64,000 bases of DNA, taken from IMG/VR virus record IMGVR_UViG_3300034375_009028; one strand, written 5' to 3'. Positions 26,237 to 35,682 of this stretch are shown here, in pieces; positions within the stretch are counted from its first letter, which is position 1; each line of letters begins with the position of its first letter. This DNA comes from a virus. Taxonomy: Duplodnaviria; Caudoviricetes. Under the pieces are notes generated by a model. The model did not search any database. It was not told where the DNA came from and was given only the letters and a program-made list of their open reading frames with translations. The position numbers and the translations under genes were made by a program.

Positions 26237-27025
26237 TTAAATTTTATCTGATAGTGTATGTATAAAATAATCACCAATCATGGAATAATATTCTTTTAAT
26301 GGGTGGTAACTATATGGATTTACTAAATTATTATTGATCAAATATTCAAATCCAGATTTATAAGTCCATTGTCCTGGTTTGGATTTGTGATCCCTTTCAA
26401 TTAATCTTGATAAAGACAAGTAATCATTATTATCTTTATGAAGAATAAAATTATTAAAGTTTATCTTATACCTAAAAGGATTGAAAGTATCAAACCAAAA
26501 ATTCTTTACACCAATTAATTTAAAATATTGGTTATAAAATGCCATGTTGGACTCAAGAGATCGTAATCTTTCATTTTCATCATACGAATATCTTTTTAAT
26601 GTAAGAGCAAGACGATCTTTATCTTGTTTAAAACCAGCAAAATCTTCTTCGGCATGTTCTAAAAATATTTTTTCATAATCTCTGTTTTCTCTAACCCAAA
26701 AATCATATCTATTCAGGGAAGTTGTACCCCATAATATAAATATTTTTCTTTTTTGGTTATAAAATTCTTTAAATTTTTTAGATATAAAAAATTTTTTTGC
26801 CACTCTAAATTGCCTATCATTACTACTTCCATATTCAGCAAAATTTATGTGCTCAAAATCAAAATGTTGAACAACTTTTTTTCTCCAACCATTTTCCCAA
26901 CAAATCCTTGGATCATGCTGTATTTTTTCATATTCTTTTCTACTCATCCCTGGAACATATCCAGATCCTTCACCATAAGTCCAACTACATCCAAAAGTTA
27001 GTAATACTGGTTTATCCATAATCAA
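26237..27025 (-). CDS. SGNH-hydrolase-like protein
   Basis: LLTFGCSWTYG (block I-like), NFAEYGSSN, C-terminal HP; late motif AATAAATA at 27042-27049. Confidence 0.45.
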   Translation of the reverse strand: MIMDKPVLLTFGCSWTYGEGSGYVPGMSRKEYEKIQHDPRICWENGWRKKVVQHFDFEHINFAEYGSSNDRQFRVAKKFFISKKFKEFYNQKRKIFILWGTTSLNRYDFWVRENRDYEKIFLEHAEEDFAGFKQDKDRLALTLKRYSYDENERLRSLESNMAFYNQYFKLIGVKNFWFDTFNPFRYKINFNNFILHKDNNDYLSLSRLIERDHKSKPGQWTYKSGFEYLINNNLVNPYSYHPLKEYYSMIGDYFIHTLSDKI

Positions 27026-27047
27026 ATCAGTTTATAATACTTATTTA

Positions 27048-27599
27048 TTAACAATCATTAAAAGCACTTCCAACTTCTGATCCAACTTCCGATCCAATTT
27101 TTTGTCCTAAAAGAAGTGCCCATCCAGATGCCAACCACCCAATATAAGGTATATTGGCGACTGCAGGAATAAGAACACCAGCAGCGACACTAGTTCCTGC
27201 CATCGCACCTTGTGATCGTGATCCAGCGTCCGCCACGATGCACTCTATGTCTTCCGCAGACTTTCCCTCGCCATCTACAGCGGCACCTCCTTGCAGGTTT
27301 CTATATCCCTCTGCAGTATACTCATCTTTACGATATTCATTTCTCTTCTCAGATCCTCCCCCAAATAAACCTTTCTTTGTTCTATCAACGTTTAGAGATC
27401 TTTCCGTAGATAGTACTTTCGGATCATTTGATTTATATTCTATTTTATATCCATCCTTACCAACCTCTACTTTATAAGTCGTATAGTCTCCAACAGGAAG
27501 ATTAACGACTGGTAATTGTGTCCTTGACATTATATGACCTAACATTCCAATATGTGCAATACCAACTATTGCACCTAAGGTTAGACCAAACCATCTCAT
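27048..27599 (-). CDS. Hypothetical membrane protein with Gly-rich C-terminal helices
   Basis: N-terminal hydrophobic segment; GAMAGTSVAAG...GWLASGWALLLGQKIG. Confidence 0.6.
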   Translation of the reverse strand: MRWFGLTLGAIVGIAHIGMLGHIMSRTQLPVVNLPVGDYTTYKVEVGKDGYKIEYKSNDPKVLSTERSLNVDRTKKGLFGGGSEKRNEYRKDEYTAEGYRNLQGGAAVDGEGKSAEDIECIVADAGSRSQGAMAGTSVAAGVLIPAVANIPYIGWLASGWALLLGQKIGSEVGSEVGSAFNDC

Positions 27600-27632
27600 G
27601 GTTATTTTTTTGAAGTATAGATTTATTTAGAT

Positions 27633-27659
27633 AAAAAAAGACCTCCTTTCGGAGGTCTT
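27633..27659 (-). terminator. Intrinsic terminator after gp23
   Basis: AAGACCTCC-GAAA-GGAGGTCTT followed by a T run. Confidence 0.85.
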
Positions 27660-27684
27660 GGTAAAAAATTGTGAATCCTTTGGA

Positions 27685-29103
27685 TCACATGAGGTTCTTG
27701 ATTTGAACTCTTCTGTAGTAGCGGTTAGCGTTAACCTTGAGGCGTCCAAGACCCTTGTCGAGACCTTCTGCGAATGGATTAGCAACGATCCCGTAACGGG
27801 TCTTAAAGCCAATCTTAGGCTGGAAGGTGTTCTCTCCAACGGCACGTACCATCTGCAGAGGAACGTATGGGCAATAGAACAGACCTGCGTCATAAGGTGA
27901 AGAACCCTTATAACCAACAACGTAGTACTGGTTAGGTGATACGTTTGCCGAATAAGGATCGATATATACGCGATACTTACCAAGCAGAACACCAGCGAAG
28001 GTGTTACCAGTGTCATCAACGTTCAGGTTTGCGTTGAGTGCAGGGGTGTAATCCAGTACACCTGCCATTGACAGTGCCGAAGCAACGTCAGCAGAGCACA
28101 TAACTACGTTGCCCTTTCCTCTACGAGTGCGCTGTGCAATTGCGTTAGCGTCACGCTCGATTTGGAACAGGAGACCCTTGAACTTCTCAACTGACCAACG
28201 ACCGTTTGAGTCGATGTCAAGGTCGAATACGCCTTGGGTTGCGGTGTTTGCTGCAGCGCCTTGCTCAGCAACCTTATAGATGGTTCTGATGACTTCGCGG
28301 TTGATTTCAGCAAGAATCTCGCTTGAGAGAATATTAGCGAGTTCTGCTTCTGCGTTCAGACCGTGAATCGCCTTCAGGTCCTGAGCAAGCTCAAGGCTGT
28401 ATTCTGCCTTCAGTGCTCTTGACTTTGCTTCAACAAGAACCTTCTCGATCGAGAATGCCATCTCGTTGAACTGGTTGCCATCACCATTACCCAGGTTCTC
28501 AGCATCACCAGTTACCATACCTTGTCCAAGGTTGTAAGCGGTGGATGATGCGGTTCCTACAGGGTTCAGGAGACCAGGGTTGCTACCTGCTTGTGCAGTA
28601 GTACCCATACCAGCAACACCATCGGTAAATCCGTTGCTGTTGTTGAGACCATTAGGTTGACCAGAGAATGCTGAATCTACTTCATCGAAGAAGGTTTCTG
28701 CACCGTTCTGATCGGTGTAGCGTGAACGCATTGCGAAGATGAGTCCAGTAGGACCACTCATTGGTTGAACGCCAGCCAGGTCATATGCGACAAGGTTAGG
28801 CATTGCACGTCTGATCAGGGAGATCAGAACGGGATCAAAACCAGCAACAGGACCGCCAGCAGCAGCGTCACCAGAGAATCCACCACCAGTTCCTGGTGAA
28901 GGAGCGCCAGCAGCGTTAGCAGCGTTTGTTGGGGTTTCGGTCAGAAGACCGTGAGAGAATGCGGTTTGCTCTCTCAGAAACTTTTCTTGGTTTTCGAGCA
29001 GGACAGCGGTTACAGCTCTACGATGAGAATCTTTGATTGGATCAAGACCGTCATAGTCGAGAAGTGGACTCCACTTTTCCTGCAGATGCTCGGATTGGAA
29101 CAT
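27685..29103 (-). CDS. gp23: Major capsid protein
   Basis: AVLLENQ, DPVLISLIRRAMP, GVQPMSGPTGLIFAMR, FQPKIGFKTRYG. Confidence 0.99.
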   Translation of the reverse strand: MFQSEHLQEKWSPLLDYDGLDPIKDSHRRAVTAVLLENQEKFLREQTAFSHGLLTETPTNAANAAGAPSPGTGGGFSGDAAAGGPVAGFDPVLISLIRRAMPNLVAYDLAGVQPMSGPTGLIFAMRSRYTDQNGAETFFDEVDSAFSGQPNGLNNSNGFTDGVAGMGTTAQAGSNPGLLNPVGTASSTAYNLGQGMVTGDAENLGNGDGNQFNEMAFSIEKVLVEAKSRALKAEYSLELAQDLKAIHGLNAEAELANILSSEILAEINREVIRTIYKVAEQGAAANTATQGVFDLDIDSNGRWSVEKFKGLLFQIERDANAIAQRTRRGKGNVVMCSADVASALSMAGVLDYTPALNANLNVDDTGNTFAGVLLGKYRVYIDPYSANVSPNQYYVVGYKGSSPYDAGLFYCPYVPLQMVRAVGENTFQPKIGFKTRYGIVANPFAEGLDKGLGRLKVNANRYYRRVQIKNLM

Positions 29104-29153
29104 TTGCTTTTTCCTTTGTACTAAATGTGTTTGTTGGTTGAATTATATTAAAA

Positions 29154-30332
29154 TCACTTTTTGGCAACACCAGAAAGTGTTCTCAGATAGGCATTCATGC
29201 TATCAGAGTGGAATACTTGTGCATCCACTTCAACTTCTTCCGATAAACTTTCGGACTTTGCTTTTGGAGCTTTCTGCGCTGAGAAGTATGACTCCTTCAG
29301 CATCTCCAGTTTTTCACGATAATTGGTTTCACTTTCAAACTCAACACTTTCAGCAAGTGAAGCGAGCTTCTCTTTTTGAGAGAGTGCTAGACCCTCTGCA
29401 ACATCATCAAAGATTCCATCAGCAACCGACTCGGAGAGACGCTTGTTGAGGACGACATTCTTTTCGATTTGCTCGTTGAGTTTTGTCTCCATTTCATCAA
29501 GTTTTTGTACCATGCTCTCTAGAACATCATATTTATCTTCAGGGATTGATACATAATGTGCTTCAAAAAGTTCCTTCATGCCTGAGAGGAAGCTCTCAGT
29601 CATTTCAGTCTTAAGTGCATTTTCGATGGAGATCTGATTCTCAGTCATCCATTCGTCAGCAACATACTCTAGATAAGAATCTACACGCTCGGTAAGAGCA
29701 GATTTGAATTCAGAAACTTCTTCAATAAGTCTCTCTTCATATGCAGCATCATACTGCTCGATGAGAGATTCTTTAATCTCAGAAACTTTAGAACGAAGTG
29801 CAGATTCAAAAATAGTGCGTGCTTTCTCTTGGAATTCTTCCGAGAGTTCTTCGCCACCAAGGAGAGCGTTGACATCTTCAGTAACGTCAAACTCTTCTTC
29901 TACTTCTTCCTCTTCTTCTTCACCCTCAAGCTCTTCTTCCTCTTCAGTTTCTTCTTCTTCAGAGACGAGATCTTCTTCAGTTACTTCTTCCTCTTCTTCA
30001 AGGACTGCTTCAGTATCAAGTTCCTCTTCTTCCTTAACGGCATCAGACTTCTTGAGACCTTTCATTGGGTCAGCACCCTTTGCACCCTTAGTGACAACAT
30101 CTTTAACTTGCTTAAGTGTTGCACCAGGAGTCTTCAGCATTGCTGAATTATCATCAGACTTATAGTTCTCGGGGGTAGGACCGCCAAGATCTTCCCATGA
30201 TCCCGATTGACCATCGACTGCGCCTGGAGCAAGCTTTTGCATTGGATCCCCTGCCTTTGCACCTGCATTAACAGCGGTTCTGGATTGACTTGTGCCTGCT
30301 TCCATTTCCTGTAAATTGTTGTCACTAGACAT
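29154..30332 (-). CDS. gp22: Prohead core scaffold protein
   Basis: Acidic coiled coil; ELSEEFQEKARTIFE, VDSYLEYV; directly upstream of gp23. Confidence 0.93.
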   Translation of the reverse strand: MSSDNNLQEMEAGTSQSRTAVNAGAKAGDPMQKLAPGAVDGQSGSWEDLGGPTPENYKSDDNSAMLKTPGATLKQVKDVVTKGAKGADPMKGLKKSDAVKEEEELDTEAVLEEEEEVTEEDLVSEEEETEEEEELEGEEEEEEVEEEFDVTEDVNALLGGEELSEEFQEKARTIFESALRSKVSEIKESLIEQYDAAYEERLIEEVSEFKSALTERVDSYLEYVADEWMTENQISIENALKTEMTESFLSGMKELFEAHYVSIPEDKYDVLESMVQKLDEMETKLNEQIEKNVVLNKRLSESVADGIFDDVAEGLALSQKEKLASLAESVEFESETNYREKLEMLKESYFSAQKAPKAKSESLSEEVEVDAQVFHSDSMNAYLRTLSGVAKK

Positions 30333-30370
30333 TTGAGACTCTCCGTTTTACCTTTAGATTCTTTAATCTA

Positions 30371-30378
30371 TATTTATT
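30371..30378 (-). promoter_or_regulatory. T4-type late promoter for gp22/gp23
   Basis: AATAAATA. Similar N-(A/C)TAAATA motifs at 27624, 31080, 37349, 40851, 43069, 45614 and 58861, each upstream of a late gene. Confidence 0.7.
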
Positions 30379-30401
30379 TATTAAAATTAAATTTTTACTT
30401 C

Positions 30402-31052
30402 TTAAAGTGAATTTAAGAAGTTATTGAATAGCTCTAACTTATGCTCTTCAAGTCTTCTCTGACGAGTAAGATCTTCAATAGCATTTTTTGTACGATGTGC
30501 AACTCTTTCTCTTAGAATTCCACCATCCCATACCCACTCTTTACCTTCCATAATTCCAGATACAAAAGCATCAGGAGCAGAAGGATCGGCAACAATATCA
30601 GCAGCAGTTGCTAACATAAAGTCCTCACCAACTTCCTTATAACCTTTTTGGTTTTCTCTGAGTGAACCAATACCTCTAGAAGACACCCCAAGAGTTACTC
30701 CATCTTTGAGTAAAGATTCTGCAATCTTACCCATAGGAGTAGATAAAATTTGTGCTTTACCTACAAAGTTATTACCATCTTGCTTCAATTCACAAATTTT
30801 ATGAGATACTCTATCCAAATTTACTGTAGGACCATCTGGATGTCCCAGTTCACCAAGAGCTCTACCCTTATCTACATAATCTTTAGAATATCTCTTTACT
30901 TCCCTTTCCATAATTTGGAATGGATATAACCTACCATTACGATTTACTTGCTCACTCTGAAGAAATATCCCTTGAATATAAAGATTTTTCTTACCATTAA
31001 CCGTTTCGGTTATGAGCTCAACTTTTTCAATTTCTTCTCTAATGAGTTTCAT
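30402..31052 (-). CDS. gp21: Prohead protease
   Basis: NRNGRLYP, GELGHP, GVSSRGIGS, DIVADPSAP. Confidence 0.97.
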   Translation of the reverse strand: MKLIREEIEKVELITETVNGKKNLYIQGIFLQSEQVNRNGRLYPFQIMEREVKRYSKDYVDKGRALGELGHPDGPTVNLDRVSHKICELKQDGNNFVGKAQILSTPMGKIAESLLKDGVTLGVSSRGIGSLRENQKGYKEVGEDFMLATAADIVADPSAPDAFVSGIMEGKEWVWDGGILRERVAHRTKNAIEDLTRQRRLEEHKLELFNNFLNSL

Positions 31053-31086
31053 CTGTTAAAAGACTAAGTTCTTATCTATTATTTAT

Positions 31087-31251
31087 TCAGTCTTCAATTT
31101 CAGACTCATTGGAATCAAATAATGATGATGATACTGGAGCTCTCATCGAATCAACTCTTTCAGTTGCCTTTACAAATAGCATATCTTTAATATTAGATGC
31201 TACATTGGATGGAGATTCATCCGCAATAATCATATCTAAAAGTTCGTCCAT
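31087..31251 (-). CDS. Small prohead core protein (gp67-like position)
   Basis: Manual translation MDELLDMIIADESPSNVASNIKDMLFVKATERVDSMRAPVSSSLFDSNESEIED (54 aa). Confidence 0.7.
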   Translation of the reverse strand: MDELLDMIIADESPSNVASNIKDMLFVKATERVDSMRAPVSSSLFDSNESEIED

Positions 31252-31278
31252 AATTCTTATGTATAAGTATTACACAGT

Positions 31279-31292
31279 TATTTAGATAAATA
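31279..31292. promoter_or_regulatory. Overlapping divergent late-promoter motifs
   Basis: TATTTAGATAAATA reads GATAAATA on + (31285-92) and TCTAAATA on - (31279-86); T4 late consensus is TATAAATA. Confidence 0.6.
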
Positions 31293-31299
31293 CAAAAAA

Positions 31300-32223
31300 A
31301 TGTATTTTTGTATGGATGAGTTCCCTCATATCTACTATACAAATGTTGATCGTAAAGTAGATAGAAAGCAGTATATGGAATCTCAATTTGATTCTCTTGG
31401 ATTATCTTATACAAGAATTGAGATGTTATCTTGCCCTAAAGATGGTCCACCAAAAAATTTTTTAGATAACTTAACTGGCACATATCCAGATAACTGTTCT
31501 CAATGGATAAACTGGTATGGTTCTTTATTGTTTGATTTTTTTGAAGAATGGTTGACAACCAATGAAGATTATCTTCTCTTTATGGAAGATGATTATGACT
31601 TATCTCTAATAAGTAAATGGCATTTCACCTGGAGAGAATTTATGAATAGAGTTCCCTATGATTGGGACTGTATTCAACTTGGATTTGAAACTCCAGATAT
31701 AATTCCATTTTACTTACACCCAACTAGATCTCAATATTCTTTGGGCGCATCTCTATTAAAAAGAGATTATGTGGAAAAATTAGTTGATCTTCATAAACCA
31801 TTAGGTAAATATAAATTTGATTACAGGATTGCAAATCACATTTACATTGATAGAGATTCTGGAATACATGATGGGTATGATTATGTTGCAACTTCTGGTG
31901 GTCCAGACTATTATATAAATCAATCGGGTAAAAGTTATTCAATACCTCTAATTCCAATGAATCCCTATCTTGCTGGAATTAGTCACCAAGGACCGTTTGG
32001 TGAGCTAAGTTGGAAACCAAAGATTAGTTTTGTCAAATGTTATGAGGCATATCATGAATGGTGGAATAACGATAAAGATAATTTTACTTTAGATGAATTT
32101 TTTACTTATGGAAAAGACAATGATTGTTTAATGGAAAGAGATATAACCAGATGGGATGATAAATACTTCTACGATTTGGCGATGAAATATCATGAAGGTT
32201 TACTTATTTCAACCACAACATGA
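31300..32223 (+). CDS. Glycosyltransferase family 25-like protein
   Basis: IYYTNVDRKVDRKQYM, FMEDD, VPYDWDCIQL; start may be ATG 31312. Confidence 0.7.
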   Translation: MYFCMDEFPHIYYTNVDRKVDRKQYMESQFDSLGLSYTRIEMLSCPKDGPPKNFLDNLTGTYPDNCSQWINWYGSLLFDFFEEWLTTNEDYLLFMEDDYDLSLISKWHFTWREFMNRVPYDWDCIQLGFETPDIIPFYLHPTRSQYSLGASLLKRDYVEKLVDLHKPLGKYKFDYRIANHIYIDRDSGIHDGYDYVATSGGPDYYINQSGKSYSIPLIPMNPYLAGISHQGPFGELSWKPKISFVKCYEAYHEWWNNDKDNFTLDEFFTYGKDNDCLMERDITRWDDKYFYDLAMKYHEGLLISTTT

Positions 32224-33919
32224 GATTATCATTAAAGGAGTAAAAAATTATTGGTTACCTTATGCTGCTGGTTGTTTGTGGAGTTATGCTAAAGAAAATA
32301 TACCAGAGTGTGAATTGGGAGAAATTATATTCAAAAGAGAAAGTATTGATACTGTACTTGATAAAATAGAAGATCCTGATGTTTGTGCTTTTAGTACATA
32401 TATTTGGAATGAACAATATAACCTAAAGTTAGCACAACAAATTAAATTAAAATATCCAAATTGTATGATTGAATTTGGAGGTCCTCAAACGACTAAACAA
32501 CTGATTGAAAAAAATTATATTGACTGTGTTATTCTTGGTGAAGGTGAAAAAGATTTTGTTGATATGCTCAATAGAATAAAAAATTCCCAACCAATAAAAC
32601 CAATTTATGAAAGATTGCAATCAGATTCTTTAAGTTATTCTAGTCCTTATGAATCTGGGGTCTTTGATACTCTTGTAGAAAACTATCCTGAATATCATTG
32701 GGCAACTTTAGTGGAGACTACTAGAGGTTGCCCTCATCACTGCACTTTTTGTGACTGGGGTACATGGATGGATAAAATTAAAAAATTTGATTTGGATCAA
32801 GTAGAAAGAGATATCAATTGGATGTCTACTCATCGAGTTGGTTTTTTAATGGTAGCAGATGCAAATTTTGGCATTTTTGCGGAAAGAGATTTAAAGATTG
32901 CTAAAATGCTTAGAAAATCTGCAGATCATCCAGATGCAATAATTGATGATATTACCGTTCAATATACAAAAAATGCAACAGATGTTGTATTTGATATTAG
33001 TGAGACACTTGGGCCTTACGATAGGCGAGGTGTTACTATGAGTGTTCAATCTATGAATGGACCTACTCTTAAGGCAATCAAACGACAAAATAATAAAAAA
33101 AATGCTGAGTTTGTAAAAAAAGCAAGAGAAAGAAATTTGAATGTATATACAGAATTAATTTTAGGATTACCTGAAGAAACTTTAGATTCTTGGAAGACTG
33201 GAATATGTGAATTACTTAGTTATGGTCAAGATAGTATTGATATTTGGTTCTGTCAGGTTTTTGGTAATACGGAATTAAATATCAATAGGGATAAGTATGG
33301 AATAAGTGTTGTTAATGCAGAGGATTATGTGTCTTTTACAAATAAAAATGATAACATAAAAGAAGTTGTAGAAATTATAAACAAAACTAATACGATGACC
33401 ACAGAAGAAATGATCGAAGCTTATCTTTATTCTTGGATGGTAATACAGTTACATATTAATGGATATTCTGAGATTATATCTAATTATTTTAATAAAGAAT
33501 TTAATATAAGTTATAGAAAATTTTATGATATTATATTTGAAGATATTAATAATGATAAAGGTCCAATTGGGAATCACTTTAGAGAATTAAAAACTAGAGT
33601 TACTGAATATTTGAAAACTGGAAAAATCATATCAGATAAAGACACTGGGCATACTTTAGAATTAAGTATGGGTACTGATTTTGAGTTTTTTTGGAATCGT
33701 AAGAATACTATAATAGATTATATTTGTCGTGCATGTGGTATGAATGTTCCAGATGATATTGTGAATTTACAAGTAAATTACATATATGATCCAAATATAA
33801 ATTATCCACAAATAGTTGGAAACTATTTGGTAGATAATGGTAGACTAGAACATGAAAGAAATGATATTTGGATATTGAAAAGAAAAAATCTTTTAAAAAA
33901 TAAGATTCAAGCACTATGA
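32192..33919 (+). CDS. Cobalamin-binding radical SAM protein (paralogue 1)
   Basis: STYIWN...FGGPQ...GEGE B12-binding-like domain; TRGCPHHCTFCDWG (CxxxCxxC); ELILGLP. Confidence 0.85.
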   Translation: MKVYLFQPQHEIIIKGVKNYWLPYAAGCLWSYAKENIPECELGEIIFKRESIDTVLDKIEDPDVCAFSTYIWNEQYNLKLAQQIKLKYPNCMIEFGGPQTTKQLIEKNYIDCVILGEGEKDFVDMLNRIKNSQPIKPIYERLQSDSLSYSSPYESGVFDTLVENYPEYHWATLVETTRGCPHHCTFCDWGTWMDKIKKFDLDQVERDINWMSTHRVGFLMVADANFGIFAERDLKIAKMLRKSADHPDAIIDDITVQYTKNATDVVFDISETLGPYDRRGVTMSVQSMNGPTLKAIKRQNNKKNAEFVKKARERNLNVYTELILGLPEETLDSWKTGICELLSYGQDSIDIWFCQVFGNTELNINRDKYGISVVNAEDYVSFTNKNDNIKEVVEIINKTNTMTTEEMIEAYLYSWMVIQLHINGYSEIISNYFNKEFNISYRKFYDIIFEDINNDKGPIGNHFRELKTRVTEYLKTGKIISDKDTGHTLELSMGTDFEFFWNRKNTIIDYICRACGMNVPDDIVNLQVNYIYDPNINYPQIVGNYLVDNGRLEHERNDIWILKRKNLLKNKIQAL

Positions 33920-35682
33920 AAAATCTATATATGTTCCAACCGCAATATGCGGTAGAAGTTAGAAATGAAGAAACCTATTGGTTACCTTATAGTGTAGGTT
34001 GTCTGTGGGCATACTGTACTCAGTATAAAGATGTTGCAAGTGGATATCATCTTAAGGATTTAATTTTTAAAAGAGAAAATCCTGAAGAACTTGTTAATAG
34101 ATTAGAGAATCCTGTAGTTTGTGCCTTTAGTACATATATTTGGAATGAGCAATATAATTTGCACGTTGCTAAATTAATAAAAGAAAAGTATCCAGAATGT
34201 ATTATAGAATTTGGAGGACCACAAGCAACAGATAAACTTGCAAAGTATGAATTTATTGATTGTATTATTGTGTCTGAGGGTGAGGAAGCATTTTTAGATT
34301 TGCTTACGAGGGTGATGTATCAAGAACCTTTTGAAAGAATCTATCGCAAGCAAAGAATTGAAACTTTAGATTTTCCCAGTCCATACCAAATGGGAATCTT
34401 TGATAAAATTATAGAAGACAATCCAAATGTTCTCTGGTCAATGACTATAGAAACAAATCGCGGTTGCCCTCATAGATGTACTTATTGTGACTGGGGTGGA
34501 ATGACATATCAAAAAGTAAAACATTTTGATATAACACGAGTCAAAGAAGATATTGATTGGGCAGCAAAGCATAATGTTGGTTTTATTTTTAATGCTGATG
34601 CAAACTTCGGTATGTTTAAAGAACGCGATGTTGAGATTGCAAAATTGTTTAGAAAAGCAGCAGATGAAGGTAAACTGGAAGCGATCAATGTCCAATACTC
34701 AAAAAATTCAACTGAAGTTATTTTTGAGATTGCACAAATCCTTGGTGACATTAGTAGGGGTGTAACATTAAGTGTTCAAACTATGAACGAACCAACACTT
34801 AAATCAATCAAGCGCAAAAATATGAGCATCAATAAGATCTCAGAGCAGATTGAGAAGAGCAAAAAATATGGAGTGAAAACATATACTGAACTTATCCTTG
34901 GTCTTCCAGATGAAACCTTAGACAGCTGGAAAGAAGGATTCTCAAAAATTCTTGAATGTGGACAACACGAATCAATTGATATTTGGTTTTGTCAAATGTT
35001 TGGTGATACTGAATTGAACAGTGCAACTTCTAGGGAAGTTTTTGGTATTAAAACTATTAAAGCAGAAGATTATATGTCATTCAGTAATGATGAATATGAC
35101 ATTAAAGAAGTTATAGAATTAATATCAGAAACAAATACGATGAGTAATGATGAACTTATTGAGGCATATATGTATGGTTGGTTGATAGTTCAATTCCATA
35201 TCGCAGGATATACTCAGTTAATTGCAAAACACTTCTTCAATAATTTAAACATAACTTATAGAAAGTTTTATGATGCTTTATTTGACTATGTTAGGAATGA
35301 TGTTGGTATTATTGGTGATCATTATAGAGAAATTGAGAGAGCAGTAAGTCATTACATGAAGACTGGAAAGATACTTGATACTGGTAAGCATGGGCACACA
35401 CTACATGCAGGTAGTTTTGCATTTATGTTTAATAATAAAGATGTAATATTTAAAATGGCAGAAGACGTTAGCAAATCATTTATTGATCTTAAATCTGATG
35501 TGTTGAAACTACAAAGAGCATTCATTTTTGATGAGAACGCTGAATATCCGTTCTATCTTGAATGCTCTGATAGTAAGTATAAAGTCGATACCGAGTTCAA
35601 AGAATTTGATAAGAATGATCCTCACACAGTTTTTATTTTGAGACGTAAGGGATTATTAAAAAATCAATTAACCTTATGTTAA
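33916..35682 (+). CDS. Cobalamin-binding radical SAM protein (paralogue 2)
   Basis: STYIWN...FGGPQ...SEGE; NRGCPHRCTYCDWG; ELILGLP. Confidence 0.85.
   Translation: MKNLYMFQPQYAVEVRNEETYWLPYSVGCLWAYCTQYKDVASGYHLKDLIFKRENPEELVNRLENPVVCAFSTYIWNEQYNLHVAKLIKEKYPECIIEFGGPQATDKLAKYEFIDCIIVSEGEEAFLDLLTRVMYQEPFERIYRKQRIETLDFPSPYQMGIFDKIIEDNPNVLWSMTIETNRGCPHRCTYCDWGGMTYQKVKHFDITRVKEDIDWAAKHNVGFIFNADANFGMFKERDVEIAKLFRKAADEGKLEAINVQYSKNSTEVIFEIAQILGDISRGVTLSVQTMNEPTLKSIKRKNMSINKISEQIEKSKKYGVKTYTELILGLPDETLDSWKEGFSKILECGQHESIDIWFCQMFGDTELNSATSREVFGIKTIKAEDYMSFSNDEYDIKEVIELISETNTMSNDELIEAYMYGWLIVQFHIAGYTQLIAKHFFNNLNITYRKFYDALFDYVRNDVGIIGDHYREIERAVSHYMKTGKILDTGKHGHTLHAGSFAFMFNNKDVIFKMAEDVSKSFIDLKSDVLKLQRAFIFDENAEYPFYLECSDSKYKVDTEFKEFDKNDPHTVFILRRKGLLKNQLTLC

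Noticed and set aside
29920-30030. TCT/TTC-rich repeat tract
   Set aside because: Encodes the normal poly-Glu region of scaffold gp22.
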